Positions 1 through 13,675 of a stretch of DNA of 64,000 nucleotides are shown here, in pieces. The notes under the pieces are model-generated. The model had not been told where the DNA came from. It ran no database searches and saw only the letters and a program-made list of their open reading frames with translations. How positions within the stretch are numbered: position 1 is the stretch's first letter; every line of letters starts with the position of its first letter. Both the position numbers and the translations under genes were made by a program. The stretch is from Haplodiscus bocki (taxonomy: Eukaryota): assembly GCA_965655095.1 (NCBI GenBank), contig OZ296648.1, forward strand, positions 150,908,001 to 150,972,000, given 5' to 3'.

Positions 1-315
1 AGTCGTTTTCACAGTTCTTCCAATTAAAAACTCTTCAGATAGTTTATCGCTCAGAAATTTAAACTCATCATAATCTTCTTCTTTATTTGACAAACGGCCC
101 TCTGCCTCGGATACTTCTGTATCTAGTCAAGTTTTATATACAACGTCTTCATCATTAGAAGGTTCAATTTGTGTTGTTAAAATTTCAACTTTTTCATAAG
201 TGACGTTTACTTTGAGTTTGATTTGGTCAAGATATTTATCCTGCACTCTATCGTTTGCAGAAACGTTGTTATGAAACTCATTTCTCCATATATTATTATA
301 TCTTTCGTTAGCCAT
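1..315 (-). pseudogene. Polinton-like structural/fiber-type ORF remnant
   Basis: PSNDEDVVYKT*LD resembles the P..D.DA.NK.YVD motif of fiber-type proteins; the frame reads on through the stop to the window edge. Confidence 0.35.
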
Positions 316-839
316 TCAATATTATTTTTTCACCTGTTTTCCCATTTTTGACAAAATTAAGTTTGCGCTTATATCATCAAGAAACTGTTTTAATAGCCTT
401 GTTTTAGATTCTTCTAACCATTGTTCATCATCAGAAACTATTTTGTTTATCGAGGAATCGCTTTCTGTAGATAATTCTAATTTATCATCTTCCATCAAAT
501 CAAAAACTTTTTTAGTTGCAGGCACCAAGAAAAATAGGCTTTTTTCCATTTTTAGCTGCTGTTGCTAAAGATTGTGAGTTAAACTTTTTACACCTTGTAC
601 TTTAAAAAAATCTCTCGGTTTTTTCGTTGCTGATAATTTGCATTGCTAATTCTAGTATGATAACGAAACAGCTGTAAAACTATAAAGCAACACTTATCGG
701 TTAACATTATTATGAAGAACTTCATCTAAATATTCATCATCAATTTCAATGTTCCCGACACCCTTCAATTTATTTTTTTTAATAACAGTTTTAATAGCGA
801 GCGTAATTCGTAGAGTTTGCATCAGTTTCATTTGAGATA

Positions 840-1140
840 GGCTTAATCAGTTCAATCTTTTGAGGTCTCTTGAGGTCATTTTAGTCATTTGATTTCTTCG
901 AATTTTTTTGGGACCACTTCATTTATAAGGACTTTGCTATTTTATATCAAGTCTATATCGATGTAAAATAGAACTTGAATAACCTAATTGTGTAACTATT
1001 TGGTCTTAAGCCTCTTTTCGAGTGTTATGTTCAGGTTCCATAAACCGGGACATTGTGTCTAATTTTTAACGTCGTAAAAACACATTAGCATCAAGATTAC
1101 CTGTTTTAGAAGTTTGTTCCGAAAAGAAGGTATTATTCAT
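840..1140 (-). pseudogene. Small helix-turn-helix protein remnant
   Basis: Manual translation gives DQIVTQLGYSSSILHRYRLDI, an HTH-like pattern (QIAxxLGxSxSTLxRY), with in-frame stops. Confidence 0.5.
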
Positions 1141-1479
1141 TTAGGTATTAAAAAAAAGAAAAATCAAAGACAAAGATACACTACTAACTAAAAAAAAGTT
1201 TTTTTTAAGTAAGTGTTTTGTTTTTTTGTCGCGTCAACAATTTTGCATTAATTTTCGAGTAAATTCGTTTTAATGTTCAGTCTAAACAAAAAAACTCTAT
1301 CTCTTTTTGTGTCTATTCAATGTCCGATGATGATATATACATTATGCAGCAAAACTACCGTTCTCGTTATCAACTAACAATTATTATTGAAGTAGCCAAC
1401 TGCTCACAAAGTTAAAATGATGAAATTGAATAGAAAATGCAGGATTCGCCCACAGTATGCATAGTGAACATTTATAAAT

Positions 1480-1990
1480 ATGATAAATGCATATCTGAAG
1501 AAGTTTTCTGGTGTTAAACCTAATAAAACATATATTGAGGAAAACCATACGTGTAGAAAGACTCAAATGCCAGGAGTTTGTGATAGTTTTGATTTTGATG
1601 GTAATACTATTTGGGTAGGAAGCGATGATAACGATTATAAAGTTATTTCTGGACTTCAATTTATCATATTCAGTACGGAACACATATTGATAGACTTAAT
1701 ATCTTTTTTGCGCAACAATATGATCCCAGCTGTTATAACCGTTGAAGATAAATGCACATTTTTCATATCTGACAGTTACAATTTTTTGAAAACAAAAGAA
1801 TTGAGTAAGGAAGTTTATTAAACTCCACAAACGATAGTTTTAATCCATTTGAATATCAAGTTTCAAAATGTTGCGAAAACAAATTTAGAGAATTCAATTA
1901 TCAAAGATTTTATTCTTTTCATATAGATGATGATGATTACTTTGAAGAACAAGATGAAATTGTGGGAAAAAATGATGTAGAATGACATAA
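1480..1990 (+). pseudogene. Hypothetical protein resembling a large-DNA-virus/Polinton family (FDGNT...NNMIP)
   Basis: DFDGNTIWVG..YKVISG..IDLISFLRNNMIPAV pattern, recognised from memory only; frameshifted near 1790. Confidence 0.4.
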
Positions 1991-4900
1991 TGGAAATATT
2001 GAAATAATAAAAACTTCAAAGCAGAATTGTGTTTACATTTTACGAAATTTCCACTGCTTATGCAATTCAACAGTGTGGTCGTCAATGTAATTGTGAAAAA
2101 GTTATCGAAATAAAAATGATATAGGTATAATAAGATGTTGTTTAGTTTGTAGAACTTAATTTCTCTTAACCATTCTGTTTCTAAGTTTATAACAATCGTA
2201 TTAAAAACATTTTCAGGATGTAGTTGAATTGCTCGAGAAGCGAGTTCCTCGTCGTTTCTCTATCGGCAAGAGAGAAATCTAAAACGCCTACGATGATTTA
2301 TGGCTTGTAAACGCACTTCTTTGTCACAAATATCAATAACATCACATGCGATTGCCATACCATGAGTTTTCAGAGCTTTCTGGTAGAATTCAAAAACTTT
2401 TTGTTTAGCTTCAGTCATATATGGCAAAAGGACTCTGTTTGCATAGCAAACGGAAGCTGAAGTCTGCGTTGATAACTTTGAAAGTTCTAGTACTAATTGT
2501 TAATCATTTAGTTCACAATCAAACTCATCATTTTCGAATTGTTTATAAGTCTGTTCTATGATTGTTGTGCAGACAATAAGCCAAAGCTGCATATTGTTGA
2601 TTTTTGGGATTTGAAAAACCCCGATTTTTCAATTCATATTAGAGAAAAAGTGGTTTTGATGATAATAGGTTGACTTCTTCAAGACCTTTCCAATGTTGTA
2701 TAACACCCCAGTATTATTGAGAAATTTTCAATGATATATTATGTTCCAGGGTTAGTTGTATGGTTTTTGACGGTAATATTTTCCACTAACGTTTCCGGAA
2801 ATTTTACTTATGAACAGCCCTTTTCAAGACGTTTCTATTGATATATAATACAATACTAATGATGAAAATTTTTCATTGGCGTATACCATGTTTGATGTTA
2901 GTTTGAGGGTTTTTGAGTTTCTGGTGGTAAAAGTTTCAATCATTGTTTTCGAACTTTTTTCCATCGGATAGCCCTTTCCAAGACCTTTTTGATGGTATAA
3001 AATATCTTTCTGTAGCTCAAATATTCGTTGATTTTGTAGTTTTTACAGGCTTAAGTGACCTATTTTGTTCAATTTTTTCTGGGAAAACAACTTCTCAATT
3101 CAATGAAGAATACATTATTTGTTTGACATCAGTGGGAAAAGCAATCATTGAGTTATTCTTAATAGAACGGTTTCCTTTCATTTTGTTCTAGCTGGAACAT
3201 TTCAAAACTTTTTTTGTTTTAGCTTCAACTTTTTTCCAGCTATTTGATCAGACGTTTGTTCGGGGAGCGAGCGATGACCTAAAATATTGCCGTTCGTTAA
3301 CTACTTGATGGATTTCCACAATTGACATTTGAAATTATCCGTCTTGATAAAGCGAATTTTTTTTCAAAATGTAGAAATTTCAATTCCTTCTAATTATTTC
3401 AGTTTTCAAAGGCACATTGAAGGTTAAATATGAGTTGTTTGTCGGTGGGGATAATAAGCTATGAATTTCTTGTTACTGGAGATGAAGAAAGCTATTGATT
3501 TTATAGTAGTGGAGAGGAAAAAAGTAATGAATTTTTATTCAGTGGAGTGGACTATGAATTCTGCCAACATAAGTTGCAAGTGTTTGCTTCGCTAACGTAC
3601 AATTTTCATACACCTAGCATTTGGTTTTCAAATATGCTTTTGTGACAACATAAATTTGTCAGATTATTCTCATTTCAATCTGTTGTCAAGAGAACGTTTG
3701 GTCTTAACTTCACTTTCACTATGACTTCTTCATCACAACTTTATCAACGCGCAGAAGTAAATGTTGACAATGTGCGGGATACTATAAAAGAAATCATTGC
3801 GATGCTTTCTGGGGAAACTTTTTTGAAAAAGAATACCAATCATTCCAAAACTGAAAACAAAACTACTCTCAACATTCAAAAAGAGATTGATGTCATGGTT
3901 AGGAGGGATCAACTTTGTACATCATTTACCAAATTAGTTAAATTGGAACAATGACGCAGAGAATACCGTTCACAAATTGATGAAATGGAAAAACAAGTGA
4001 ACACCCGGGAAAACTTGCACAACATGCGTAAAGAAAAGAGACGGAAAAGAGCACGCCTCTACACAAGATCTGACTCTATTGAATATAACTAACAAAAAAT
4101 GTGTTGAAGTTGAATTTAGTAAAGTTTGAAGTTAATAAAATTTGAATTGAATGAGATTTGAATTAAATAGAGTTTGAATTAAAGAAATTTTGAATATACT
4201 AAAGTTTATGTTAACCGAAGTATTGTTTTACATGCTGTGGGTCAAACTACGGCAATGGCCTAATTTAATTATTTTTCTTTTTTTAAAAAAATTTCTGAAT
4301 TTTTTTAATTTTTCATTTTTTAAATTATTTTTCAGTTCAATATCCCTGTGTACCACCTTTGACATAGTTTAAATATATTTTCCTGTGTACCCTCATTAAT
4401 ATTGTATAAAAAAAATTGTTTTGGTTTACATACTATGGGACCTTGTACGGCCATGGCCTATTTTTACTTTTTTTGCTGAGGTTTCCTTAAATTTAATGAA
4501 ATTTTTGGTGACTTTGGCTAATTTTCATTGATTTTCACTGTTTTGTTATTTTTTTCATTTTTGTCCCTGTATTTGATTTCATCATATACTGTCGTTAAGA
4601 GCTAATATGATAAAATACACCGTCTTGAAGAGAGCAAACTTTTCATGAATATCATATTTTCTCCTACTTCTCCAAGTCGACAAGCATTAGAAAAGTGTAT
4701 GATCCCTATTGACAACTCACTAAGTTTATCATGGAGTTTCTTCAACGTTTTTAGACGAAACGATTGGAAACATGTGAGTTGATGTACAATTGTTGAGACA
4801 GCAAAATTGATAAATTTCGGGAAGACGCCAATTTTTTCTAATTTCTCTCTCAAAAATCTCTAAGCAAAATAGTTGCAGCGACACAGACAACCAAATAAGT

Positions 4901-7900
4901 CAACTGTATTGTTGTAGTTCTTTTTATGACAAAACTATGAAGATTAAACGTTTCGAAGTTCTACGTCATTTTGAAAACAGCAAAAACTTTGTTTTTATCA
5001 ATTTCTTCTTCTAATTTTTTCTAATCAAAAAGCAATCAAAATCATCTCATCACTTTAAAATTTTTAAAATTTACAAACGAGTATTGTGATTTTGAATTTT
5101 TTCAGACATATTTTGAGTGTTCTTCAGTTGAAATTTGAGCAAAAAAGAGACAAACTTTTTAAAGAAAAGATTTCAAGAGGTCTTCTCTGTTGAAATCTCT
5201 AGAAAAAAACTAATTCAACCCCACAAAACCCAAGAATTGTCAACTCTCCTATAGTTGTACACCAAACACAAAGTTGAGATAGAATAAATGCTCGGATGTT
5301 AATATGGGTTGTTTCAAAGTCAATGAAAACTCTTTTCAAAATCAATATCTCAATATAACAAATCAGTAAAAGTCAGCTTTTGGTGGTCTCATGGAAACAA
5401 TAAAAAACTATCCGGTTGAATGAGATACCTCGCAGAACAAAGAATGGAATCTGTTGTTCATTCAGCTATAACTGGAGCTGTTTGGGATCTAAAGTGAATT
5501 GATGCACATTTACCAAGAGAACAAAATCGATTGCTCGGAACTTAACGTAGGTTGATTTCAAGCCAACAAAAAAATTACCTTATCTCAAGTTCCTCAAGTT
5601 CTCGCAGGCAAAGGAGCTGTCAAATTATTCTAATCACTGAGGATACGCCACAGTAATCACAGTGAAGTTTTGGAAAAACCAAAGAAAATACGAGTTGAGT
5701 GGAAACTGAAAGCAGATGATGTACCATATTGGAAACATCGAAATTTAGAAAATATTTAGAACAATGCAGCATCAAGTGAACTTTCTTTCTGAAACGCTAA
5801 AAAAAACTTTTCAAAACCGCCCAAAAACTCTTAAAAATCAAGCTACGAATTATCTCATTTTTCTCCCGAAAGCAAGGATGACTGAAGACTTAGATGTTAA
5901 GATTAACTGTTTTGAAGTTCAGAATCTTGCAAAGTTGATCTTTTGCTAGTTTTGATGGCGACATAACATTTCAAAAACTGAGTTTTCTTACTTGGCCGAG
6001 GGTTTTTATTTTATTTCGACAGAAATTGAAATGCTTTGCAAACTGATGAGAAATGATATGTTAAAATGCCAACTGAAAAATTTTGACAAGTTGGATGTTC
6101 GTTATTTACGTTCTCGTGAATGTTTTCGAAGAGTATTCTATCACAGAAGTGGACCGGACCTTTGAGATGATCGAAAAGCATCTTCAAATTTCAAGAAAAA
6201 CCTTTTGAAGCGAAAAAATTTGAAAACTTGCAATTTTTAGAAACTTCTTCAGCCACTGAGAAAATTTTTTGGACAGCGTTCAATATTATTGTACCATTCA
6301 AAAACAAATTTGCATAGAAAACTAGGAATAGTATTGAATTGTTAATGCGTTATTTCAGGCAACTGGACGTGCGCTCAATTGTTCGATCCACAACGTCTAC
6401 TGTGGATGCGATTTGGTAGATTGGACCTACCAAATGAAGCTTGGAGTGAACTGCAACAGATTTTTGAGTCGTGCCTCTAGTGGACTAGCTAGTATATGTC
6501 AGCATCTGATGCTACCACATTCTATTCTTGTAGACTACCAGATAATAACCGTTTGCAATGCTCGTAAAGATAATTGGTTACAAAACTAGTTCATGCTTCA
6601 AAAAAAACATACAAAGAATTCAAACAATAGTATTTCAGCCTCCATCTAACTAAAAAATAACGAAATCCTGGAGAAGCAGAAAATTCTGCAACTTATATTA
6701 CATCCAGCTGGGTGGCAAAGAAATTTTTGTTCCTGGGTTCTCACTTAATTTCTTGATGATCAAATTCCTGTCTTCCTATAATGGGTCTTGAAATTTTAGG
6801 TTTTCTTTAAATTTTCATTTTTATCGGTTTTTTTTCTTTTGTAGAATTTTAACGGTAAAGTTTCCACGTGGATTTCTATTGGAGCTGTCTTTCTTTTGCT
6901 TTCTTTGATCAGGATAAAAATTGCGAAAATGAGTTGGAACTTTCTGCTGGTTGCTTGACTTGCAGTGTATGAAAGGTTGAAGATGAAAATGGGCGCAAAT
7001 TTGATGTCGTCGCGCAATAAAGATTGTAGAGGGTGCAGAATTGAAATTAGGGAGTGAAATGCAGTTGTCAAGGTTGTTTTCACTAGATGGTGTGCCAGTA
7101 GAAGTTTTTTTTCAAGTCAGAATCTAAAATGCCGATGGAAGTGGTCTTCGGATGGCCAACAAAAGCTTGATGTGAAAGCGGTCAGGTTATCTTCTGGTCT
7201 TGTGGGGAGCCTTTGGCAGAACGGCCAGAGCAAAAAACGTCATTGTCCAGTTTTGAATGAAGTGTTCAGTGGGTGTCATCTTTGAAGCTAGTGCTTGTCA
7301 TCTTGGAAGCCAATGGGGGTCATCTTGGAAACCAAATTTCAGAGAAAAATCAAGGAATTACAGTTGTTTGCAACTGATTTGGATTACTTCTGAAGGTATC
7401 AAAATAGCACCGAAAAGTTCTAGGCAAGGCTTGTTACTTCTTACGCCTTTGTAAGTAACCAGGAAGAGTTTCTTAGGACCGTCAAACAGCGGACGGGAAA
7501 ATTTTTCATATTTAAGCGGTTCCGTTTCTATGGAATCTACGATAAGGCCTACTGCGGTCATATTCGTATATTTTCTTGTCTTGCAATGTGTGTCTGCAAT
7601 GAATAGACGGGTGTTTTGCATTTTCTGCACTTTTTTCAATTCTAAATATTAAAAAAAATGTCATTTTTTGCCACAAAAAGAATGATCATCAAAATTTGAA
7701 GAATCTGTACGGCTTTTGCAATAAATCTTACTTGAACTAGAGATTTCTAATTGTGGAATTTAACGTAGGTTGATGACTGCTGGGATGTTTCATAGGAGCA
7801 TGCGAAACATCTTTTGAAACATTAAAGGTTCGGTTTCTTTATTGTCATCATTTTCCGTGATTTTTATTTCTTCTAACAGTTGAAATTTTTGTCAAGAGAA

Positions 7901-8924
7901 CTATCAATGGTGTCCATGGCAAAATTGACAATCAAATGAACTTATCAAATTTGTAAGGAGTGAGGCGTGAATGAGTACGAAGATAAATGATTTTCAATGG
8001 ATTGTTGGGCCCGATTTAGCAGGGCTCAGTGGGCAGCACTGTAGAACTGTCGGTGACTGTAGGCCTTGAACAGGGTGATCTCAGCTTCATGCGAATATGT
8101 GGAGATCACTTGATGGGGGATAAGAGAAGATGTTTTCCAAACAACGAAAAATGCTTCTTACAGTCGGACAAAATTTATGGTTTTGATTTCAAGCATGGAA
8201 CATTTTGACTACTATTCAGTCTTTTGAAAATATTGTGATACAAAATGATCCAAAAAGTTCAAAATGAGATTTTGTTTATAAAAAAAAGAAAAGAGAAGTT
8301 GGAAAAATTTTTGGAGTTAAGATAAAATAATTTCAGCGAAAATAATTTCAATTTGACATGCGAAGTTTCTCAGAGTTGTTATATAAGTTCAGGAAGTACT
8401 TGAGATGTTTGAAGTGATCTCAGCATTGAAATGGCGGTATTATCGCGTTACAGAGAACGCTCAAACCTCAGAAAAGGCGCTATTTTATAATCCAAAAATA
8501 ACGTAAACTTGAAACTAACCTCGAGAATTTTTGGTGATAAATGAAGAGCTCGAGAACTTGTAATTCTCAGATAAATACCCAGAGTGATTAGTGCAGTTTG
8601 TTTATTTGCTATTTAAACTTGACTTGCGAAACTTACGAGATTACGAAGGAAACAATACTTGACTTACCCAGTTGGCAGGATGAAGTTGCAAAACACGTTT
8701 GGGCAAAACAAACAAAAAGCCCTGGCAGACAGGAAATGGCAGAAAGAAACCAGACAAATCGACTCTAGAATCGATACGAAAGTTTACGTATAAATATTGG
8801 CCGACTCTACGGCAGCAAGATAAAATTGACTGACCGCTCAAAATACTAAGTTGAAATTGCACAACTTCAAGATTTAATTTTACAGAAACAAAATTTCTGA
8901 ATCGCTCAGCTCAGCAGGATTTTC

Positions 8925-8992
8925 CTATTGGCTACATGACCAACATGCTCGATCACTTCATCTGGGCACGTGACCAAACGGGGTATAAACAC
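8925..8992 (+). promoter_or_regulatory. Pol II promoter-like cluster: inverted CCAAT (attgg), E-box CACGTG, TATA (tataaa)
   Basis: cctattggct...ggcacgtgacc...gggtataaac within ~65 bp, followed by a pyrimidine-rich leader. Confidence 0.45.
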
Positions 8993-9133
8993 CCAGCGCT
9001 CAGCCAGCCACATTTTTAAGTTGCTCGCTCCCGCTCACTTGCCTCATTACCCAAGGCGAAACTCTTTTACCCTTAAATTCTAACTTCTTTTCTCTTCTTA
9101 CCTTAACCGTTCTTCTCTTCTTCTGGAGCAAGC

Positions 9134-11300
9134 GAAATTATTCTAAGACCATTCCAAGCTGTGACTTAGTCAAAAATCAATTGCATCTCATCGAAGTTAT
9201 TCTAGAACAACTCCAAATTGTGTCTTAGCCGAAACTCAGTTGCATCTCATCGAAATTATTCTAAGACAATTCCAAAAAGTGTTTTAGCCAAAATTCAATT
9301 TCATCTCATTGAAATTATTCTAAGACAATTCCAAATGGTGTTTTAGCCAAAATTCAATTGCATCTCATTAAAATTATTTTAAGACAATTCCAAAAAGTGT
9401 TTTAGCCAAAATTCAATTTCATCTCATTGAAATTATTCTAGGACAAATCCAAATTGTGTTTTAGCCAAAATTCAATTGCATCTCAACGAAATTATTCTAG
9501 GACAATTCCAAATTGTGTTTTAGCCAAAATTCAATTGCATCTCATTGAAATTATTCTAAGACACTTCCAAATTGTGTTTTAGCCAAAATTCAATTTCATC
9601 TCATTGAAATTATTCTAAGACAAATCCAAATTGTATTTTCGCCAAAATTCAATTGCATCTCATTGAAATTATTCTAGGACAATTCCAAATTGCGTTTTAG
9701 CCAAAATTCAATTGCATCTCATTGAAATTATTCTAGGACACTTCCAAATTGAGTTTTAGCCAAAATTCAATGGCATCTCATTGAAATTATTCTAAGACAA
9801 ATCCAAATGGTGTTTTAGCCAAAATTCAATTGCATCTCATTGAAAGCTTTTTAAGACAATTCCAAAAAGTGTTTTAGCCAAAATTCAATTTCATCTCTTT
9901 GAAATTATTCTGAGACAAATCCAAATTTTGTTTTATCCAAAATTCAATTGCATCTCATTGAAATTATTCTAGGACAATTCCAAATTGCGTTTTAGCCAAA
10001 ATTCAATTGCATCTCATTGAAATTATTCTAGGACACTTCCAAATTGAGTTTTAGCCAAAATTCAATGGCATCTCATTGAAATTATTTTAAGACAATTCCA
10101 AAAAGTGTTTTAGCCAAAATTCAATTTCATCTCATTGAAATTATTCTAAGACAAGTCCAAATTAGGTTTTAGCCAAAATTCAATTGCATCTCATTGAAAC
10201 TATTCTAGGACAATTCCAAATTGTGTTTTAGCCAAAATTCAATTGCATCTCATTGAAATTATTCTAGGACACTTCCAAATTGTGTTTTAGCCAAAATTCA
10301 ATTTCATCTCATTGAAATTATTCTAAGACAAATCCAAATTGTGTTTTAGCCAAAATTCAATTGCATCTCATTGAAATTATTCTAGAACAATTCCAAATTG
10401 CGTTTTAGCCAAAATTCAATTGCATCTCATTGAAATTATTCTAGGACACTTCCAAACTTTGTTTTAGCCAAAATTCAATGGCATCTCATTGAAATTATTC
10501 TAGGACACTTCCAAATTGAGTTTTAGCCAAAATTCAATGGCATCTCATTGAAATTATTCTAAGACAAATCCAAATGGTGTTTTAGCCAAAATTCAATTGC
10601 ATCTCATTGAAAGTTTTTTAAGACAATTCCAAAAAGTGTTTTAGCCAAAATTCAATTTCATCTCTTTGAAATTATTCCAAGACAAATCCAAATTGTGTTT
10701 TATCCAAAATTCAATTGCATCTCATTGAAATTATTCTAGGACACTTCCATTTTGTGTTTTAGCCAAAATTCAATGGCAGCTCATTGAAATTATTCCAAGA
10801 CAAATCCAAAAGGTGTTTTAGCCAAAATTCAATTGCATCTCATTGAAATTATTTTAAGACAATTCCAAAAAGTGTTTTAGCCAAAATTCAATTTCATCTC
10901 ATTGAAATTATTCTAAGACAAGTCCAAATTGTGTTTTAGCCAAAATTCAATTGCATCTCATTGAAACTATTCTAGGACAATTCCAAATTGTGTTTTAGCC
11001 AAAATTCAATTGCATCTCATTGAAATTATTCTAGGACACTTCCAAATTGTGTTTTAGCCAAAATTCAATTTCATCTCATTGAAATTATTCTAAGACAAAT
11101 CCAAATTGTGTTTTAGCCAAAATTCAATTGCATCTCATTGAAATTATTCTAGAACAATTCCAAATTGCGTTTTAGCCAAAATTCAATTGCATCTCATTGA
11201 AATTATTCTAGGACACTTCCAAACTTTGTTTTAGCCAAAATTCAATGGCATCTCATTGAAATTATTCTAAGACAATTCGAAATTGTGTCCTAGCCAAAAC
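9134..11300 (+). repeat. 59-bp minisatellite, ~37 copies
   Basis: Unit gaaattattctaagacaattccaaattgtgttttagccaaaattcaattgcatctcatt in head-to-tail copies; edge copies are more diverged; one orphan degenerate unit near 11570. Confidence 0.97.
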
Positions 11301-11764
11301 TCGCTCTCTTTTGCTTACCTACTCCATACTCTTGCCACTGGAGACTAAACAGTGTCCACTAACGCGAGCTTCGGTCTTAGCATCAGCGGATTCCGTGGAC
11401 GAACTTCAATTCTGACGCAAGAGTGAATCCTCAACTGCAGGACCCTCACGAGGTTTTCGGAGGCGATTGACGTTACATACACCAAGTCTCACCTCGTTTG
11501 CTACCGTGGTATTTCAGAACTCATTCTAATTTCCAAGATACGGACTAAATATGCAGAAACCGTCCCTTTTATTCTAAAGCAATTCCGAAATATGTCTCAG
11601 CCGCAATTCAATCATCAGCACCATCCTTCGCGGGCTACCCAACGAAGGCTCACCCTGCGGCTAACACACATTTATCCCAACTCAACTCCGGTATTCGTAA
11701 GTTACAACCTTGCTTTGATCTAGTAGAGTTAATCTCAATGGCCATTTCTTCCTGAGTAATCCTG

Positions 11765-12015
11765 CTCAATAAATCGCGAAGGAACTGCCACGTTCGAGTT
11801 GAAAGACTAAGAGAAAATCACCAGGTGTCACTGATTGCGAGCTTCACCTTAGTAGTAGATAAAAGCTAAAAAGAACATGCAATCCCTCTCGATAAATCGC
11901 GCAGAAGCTGCCGCGTTCGAGTCGAAGAAACCACTAAGAGAAAATCACCAGGTTGCCACTTACAGCGAGCTACATCTTAGTACTTGATAAGACCTAAAAT
12001 AATTCAACCCCTCCA
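11765..12015 (+). repeat. Two diverged ~122-bp tandem copies
   Basis: ataaatcgcg...cgttcgagt...ctaagagaaaatcaccagg occurs at ~11770 and ~11892. Confidence 0.85.
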
Positions 12016-12189
12016 AAAAATTGGGAAGGTTTACTCACCGTTGGCAAGACGAGGAATTTAAGATTCTCTGCCCAGTTGCTATGTAAAGGCAGTTACTCGG
12101 GTTTTAAAATAAAAAGCTAAAAGAACTATCTAACCCTAAAAGTAAAATGCATGTAAATTCCTCGAATGCGGTTCACGCTTGACCAAAAG

Positions 12190-12375
12190 AGGACCTAAGA
12201 AGCTTGACTCGGTCGACTGCTTTTATGGCATGTTACCAGAGTCTTAGATAAAATCTGATATCCCGTACAGTAATTCAACCAGATTTAACTCTTGCCTCGG
12301 ACCTAACTTGGATTTAAGGGAACTGACTTAGTCGACTGCTTTTATGGCATGTTACCAGAGCGTTAGATAAGATTG
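12190..12375 (+). repeat. Two ~118-bp-spaced direct repeats
   Basis: gtcgactgcttttatggcatgttaccagag at ~12212 and ~12331. Confidence 0.85.
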
Positions 12376-12627
12376 CACCAAATCAGACCAGTAAAACATG
12401 AAACAAAAACAATAAAGGCAGACCCTGAACTAGAAAAGGTGAAAGTAACAATTCGTCCTAGATAAAAAGTCAATATAAACGTACTTCAACCTAGTCCTTG
12501 AATTTGGTGAAAATCATCATTTTTCTTCGGAAATATTTGTAAATTTACATTGATGACTATTTCCATTTGTGTAATTGATCTATATTTTGGATCAACCTAA
12601 TCTTTTTGAGTTTAATATTAATTTATA

Positions 12628-13244
12628 ATGTATTACGATAGTTTTTTGGGCAATTTAAAAATTTCACTACATGGCTGGGCAAAGACTGATGCAGGATACA
12701 AGCGTGATGTGGGCTACTTCCACATCAGCTACGAAGAAGACCAGGGGCTCACTCATTTTCCAGAAAACCTCCGGACTCCACTAGTCCCTCAAACTGGACA
12801 CGAAGTTTTGAAGCAGGCCAACTATCAAATCGTTCCGGCCACTGTGTCTTCTCATAAGTGGCCAATTTACAAAAACCTGTTATCAGAGCCTTTTAACTGC
12901 TCGATTACCATTGTAGTTTAGCCGAAAATCCGTTTTTCCCAAATATTTCCAAACATTTTCAGGGGGAAATCTCGGAAATTTGTGGTAATATCTGGTTCTT
13001 CAACAGAGACAACAAGACCGCCTAACATGAACTTGGCTATATTGGCCCACTCTTCCAGAGTTTCTTCATCCACGCGGTAAAAAAGCCCCAGGAAGTTTTC
13101 GGGTCCTTCATCGCCAACCAGGGGTGAACGAGTCAGCTCAGGCTTTGGTGTATCAGGATAACGAGGAATTTCGATCCCAATCCTCATTTTATTTGGGACC
13201 TGATGTTGTAGCGTAGAAGATTGTGGAGAGTTTCTATTAGCCAC
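12628..13244. pseudogene. Unknown ORF region inside the putative LTR (coding strand ambiguous)
   Basis: 97-aa + ORF and 108-aa - ORF abut at 12918-12921; each can be extended by one frameshift there; GC higher than surroundings. Confidence 0.35.
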
Positions 13245-13675
13245 TTTTATATCGCTAATTTATTAATAGTTAATAAATTCGAAGTTATGATAAGAGTTGC
13301 TACTGTATTTAAGTAATTCGGATTGCTCAAATCTCACCACGAGTGATCTCACCCTTCTGAAATTTTATATTATGCACATTTACAATTAGACTAGTATTTC
13401 TGTATAGTCACCAAATAATTCTTCTCTTCTTTCGTATTCTCTATTCGCTTACCAAGTCCTTGCTAGTAGAACTTAGGCAACTTTGTCCGCGCGGATTAGC
13501 AAGGCAAATTTAGAAAACTAATAACAGTGTAGGCTTTTGAGACTTTCTTACACAATAACGCAGACGTATGGCCGCACACGCCGCTTGTCAATGTTAGCTA
13601 GAGTGAACAATAGCAAATATATTTCACACGTTCTTAAATAAACAACACCCCCCTGTACGCACGAAAGTATATTAT

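Larger units (their letters stand above)
1..4600. mobile_element. Degraded terminal part of a Polinton/Maverick-like element (continues off the left edge)
   Basis: Dense small degraded ORFs. 4340-4440 (tccctgtgtaccacc, ttcctgtgtaccctcattaat) matches motifs in the inverted repeats of the Polinton at 36.4/46.7 kb (ttcctgtgtacccc, agtgtaccctcattgatt). Confidence 0.55.
8377..13526 (+). mobile_element. Candidate giant solo LTR (~5.15 kb) with internal minisatellite
   Basis: Begins TGTTA and ends TAACA; flanks gagt/gtgt (imperfect 4-bp TSD); promoter-like cluster at 8920-8990; no gag/pol inside. Confidence 0.4.

Noticed and set aside
9134-11300. CRISPR-like regular repeat
   Set aside because: Head-to-tail 59-mers without unique spacers, no cas genes, eukaryotic context.
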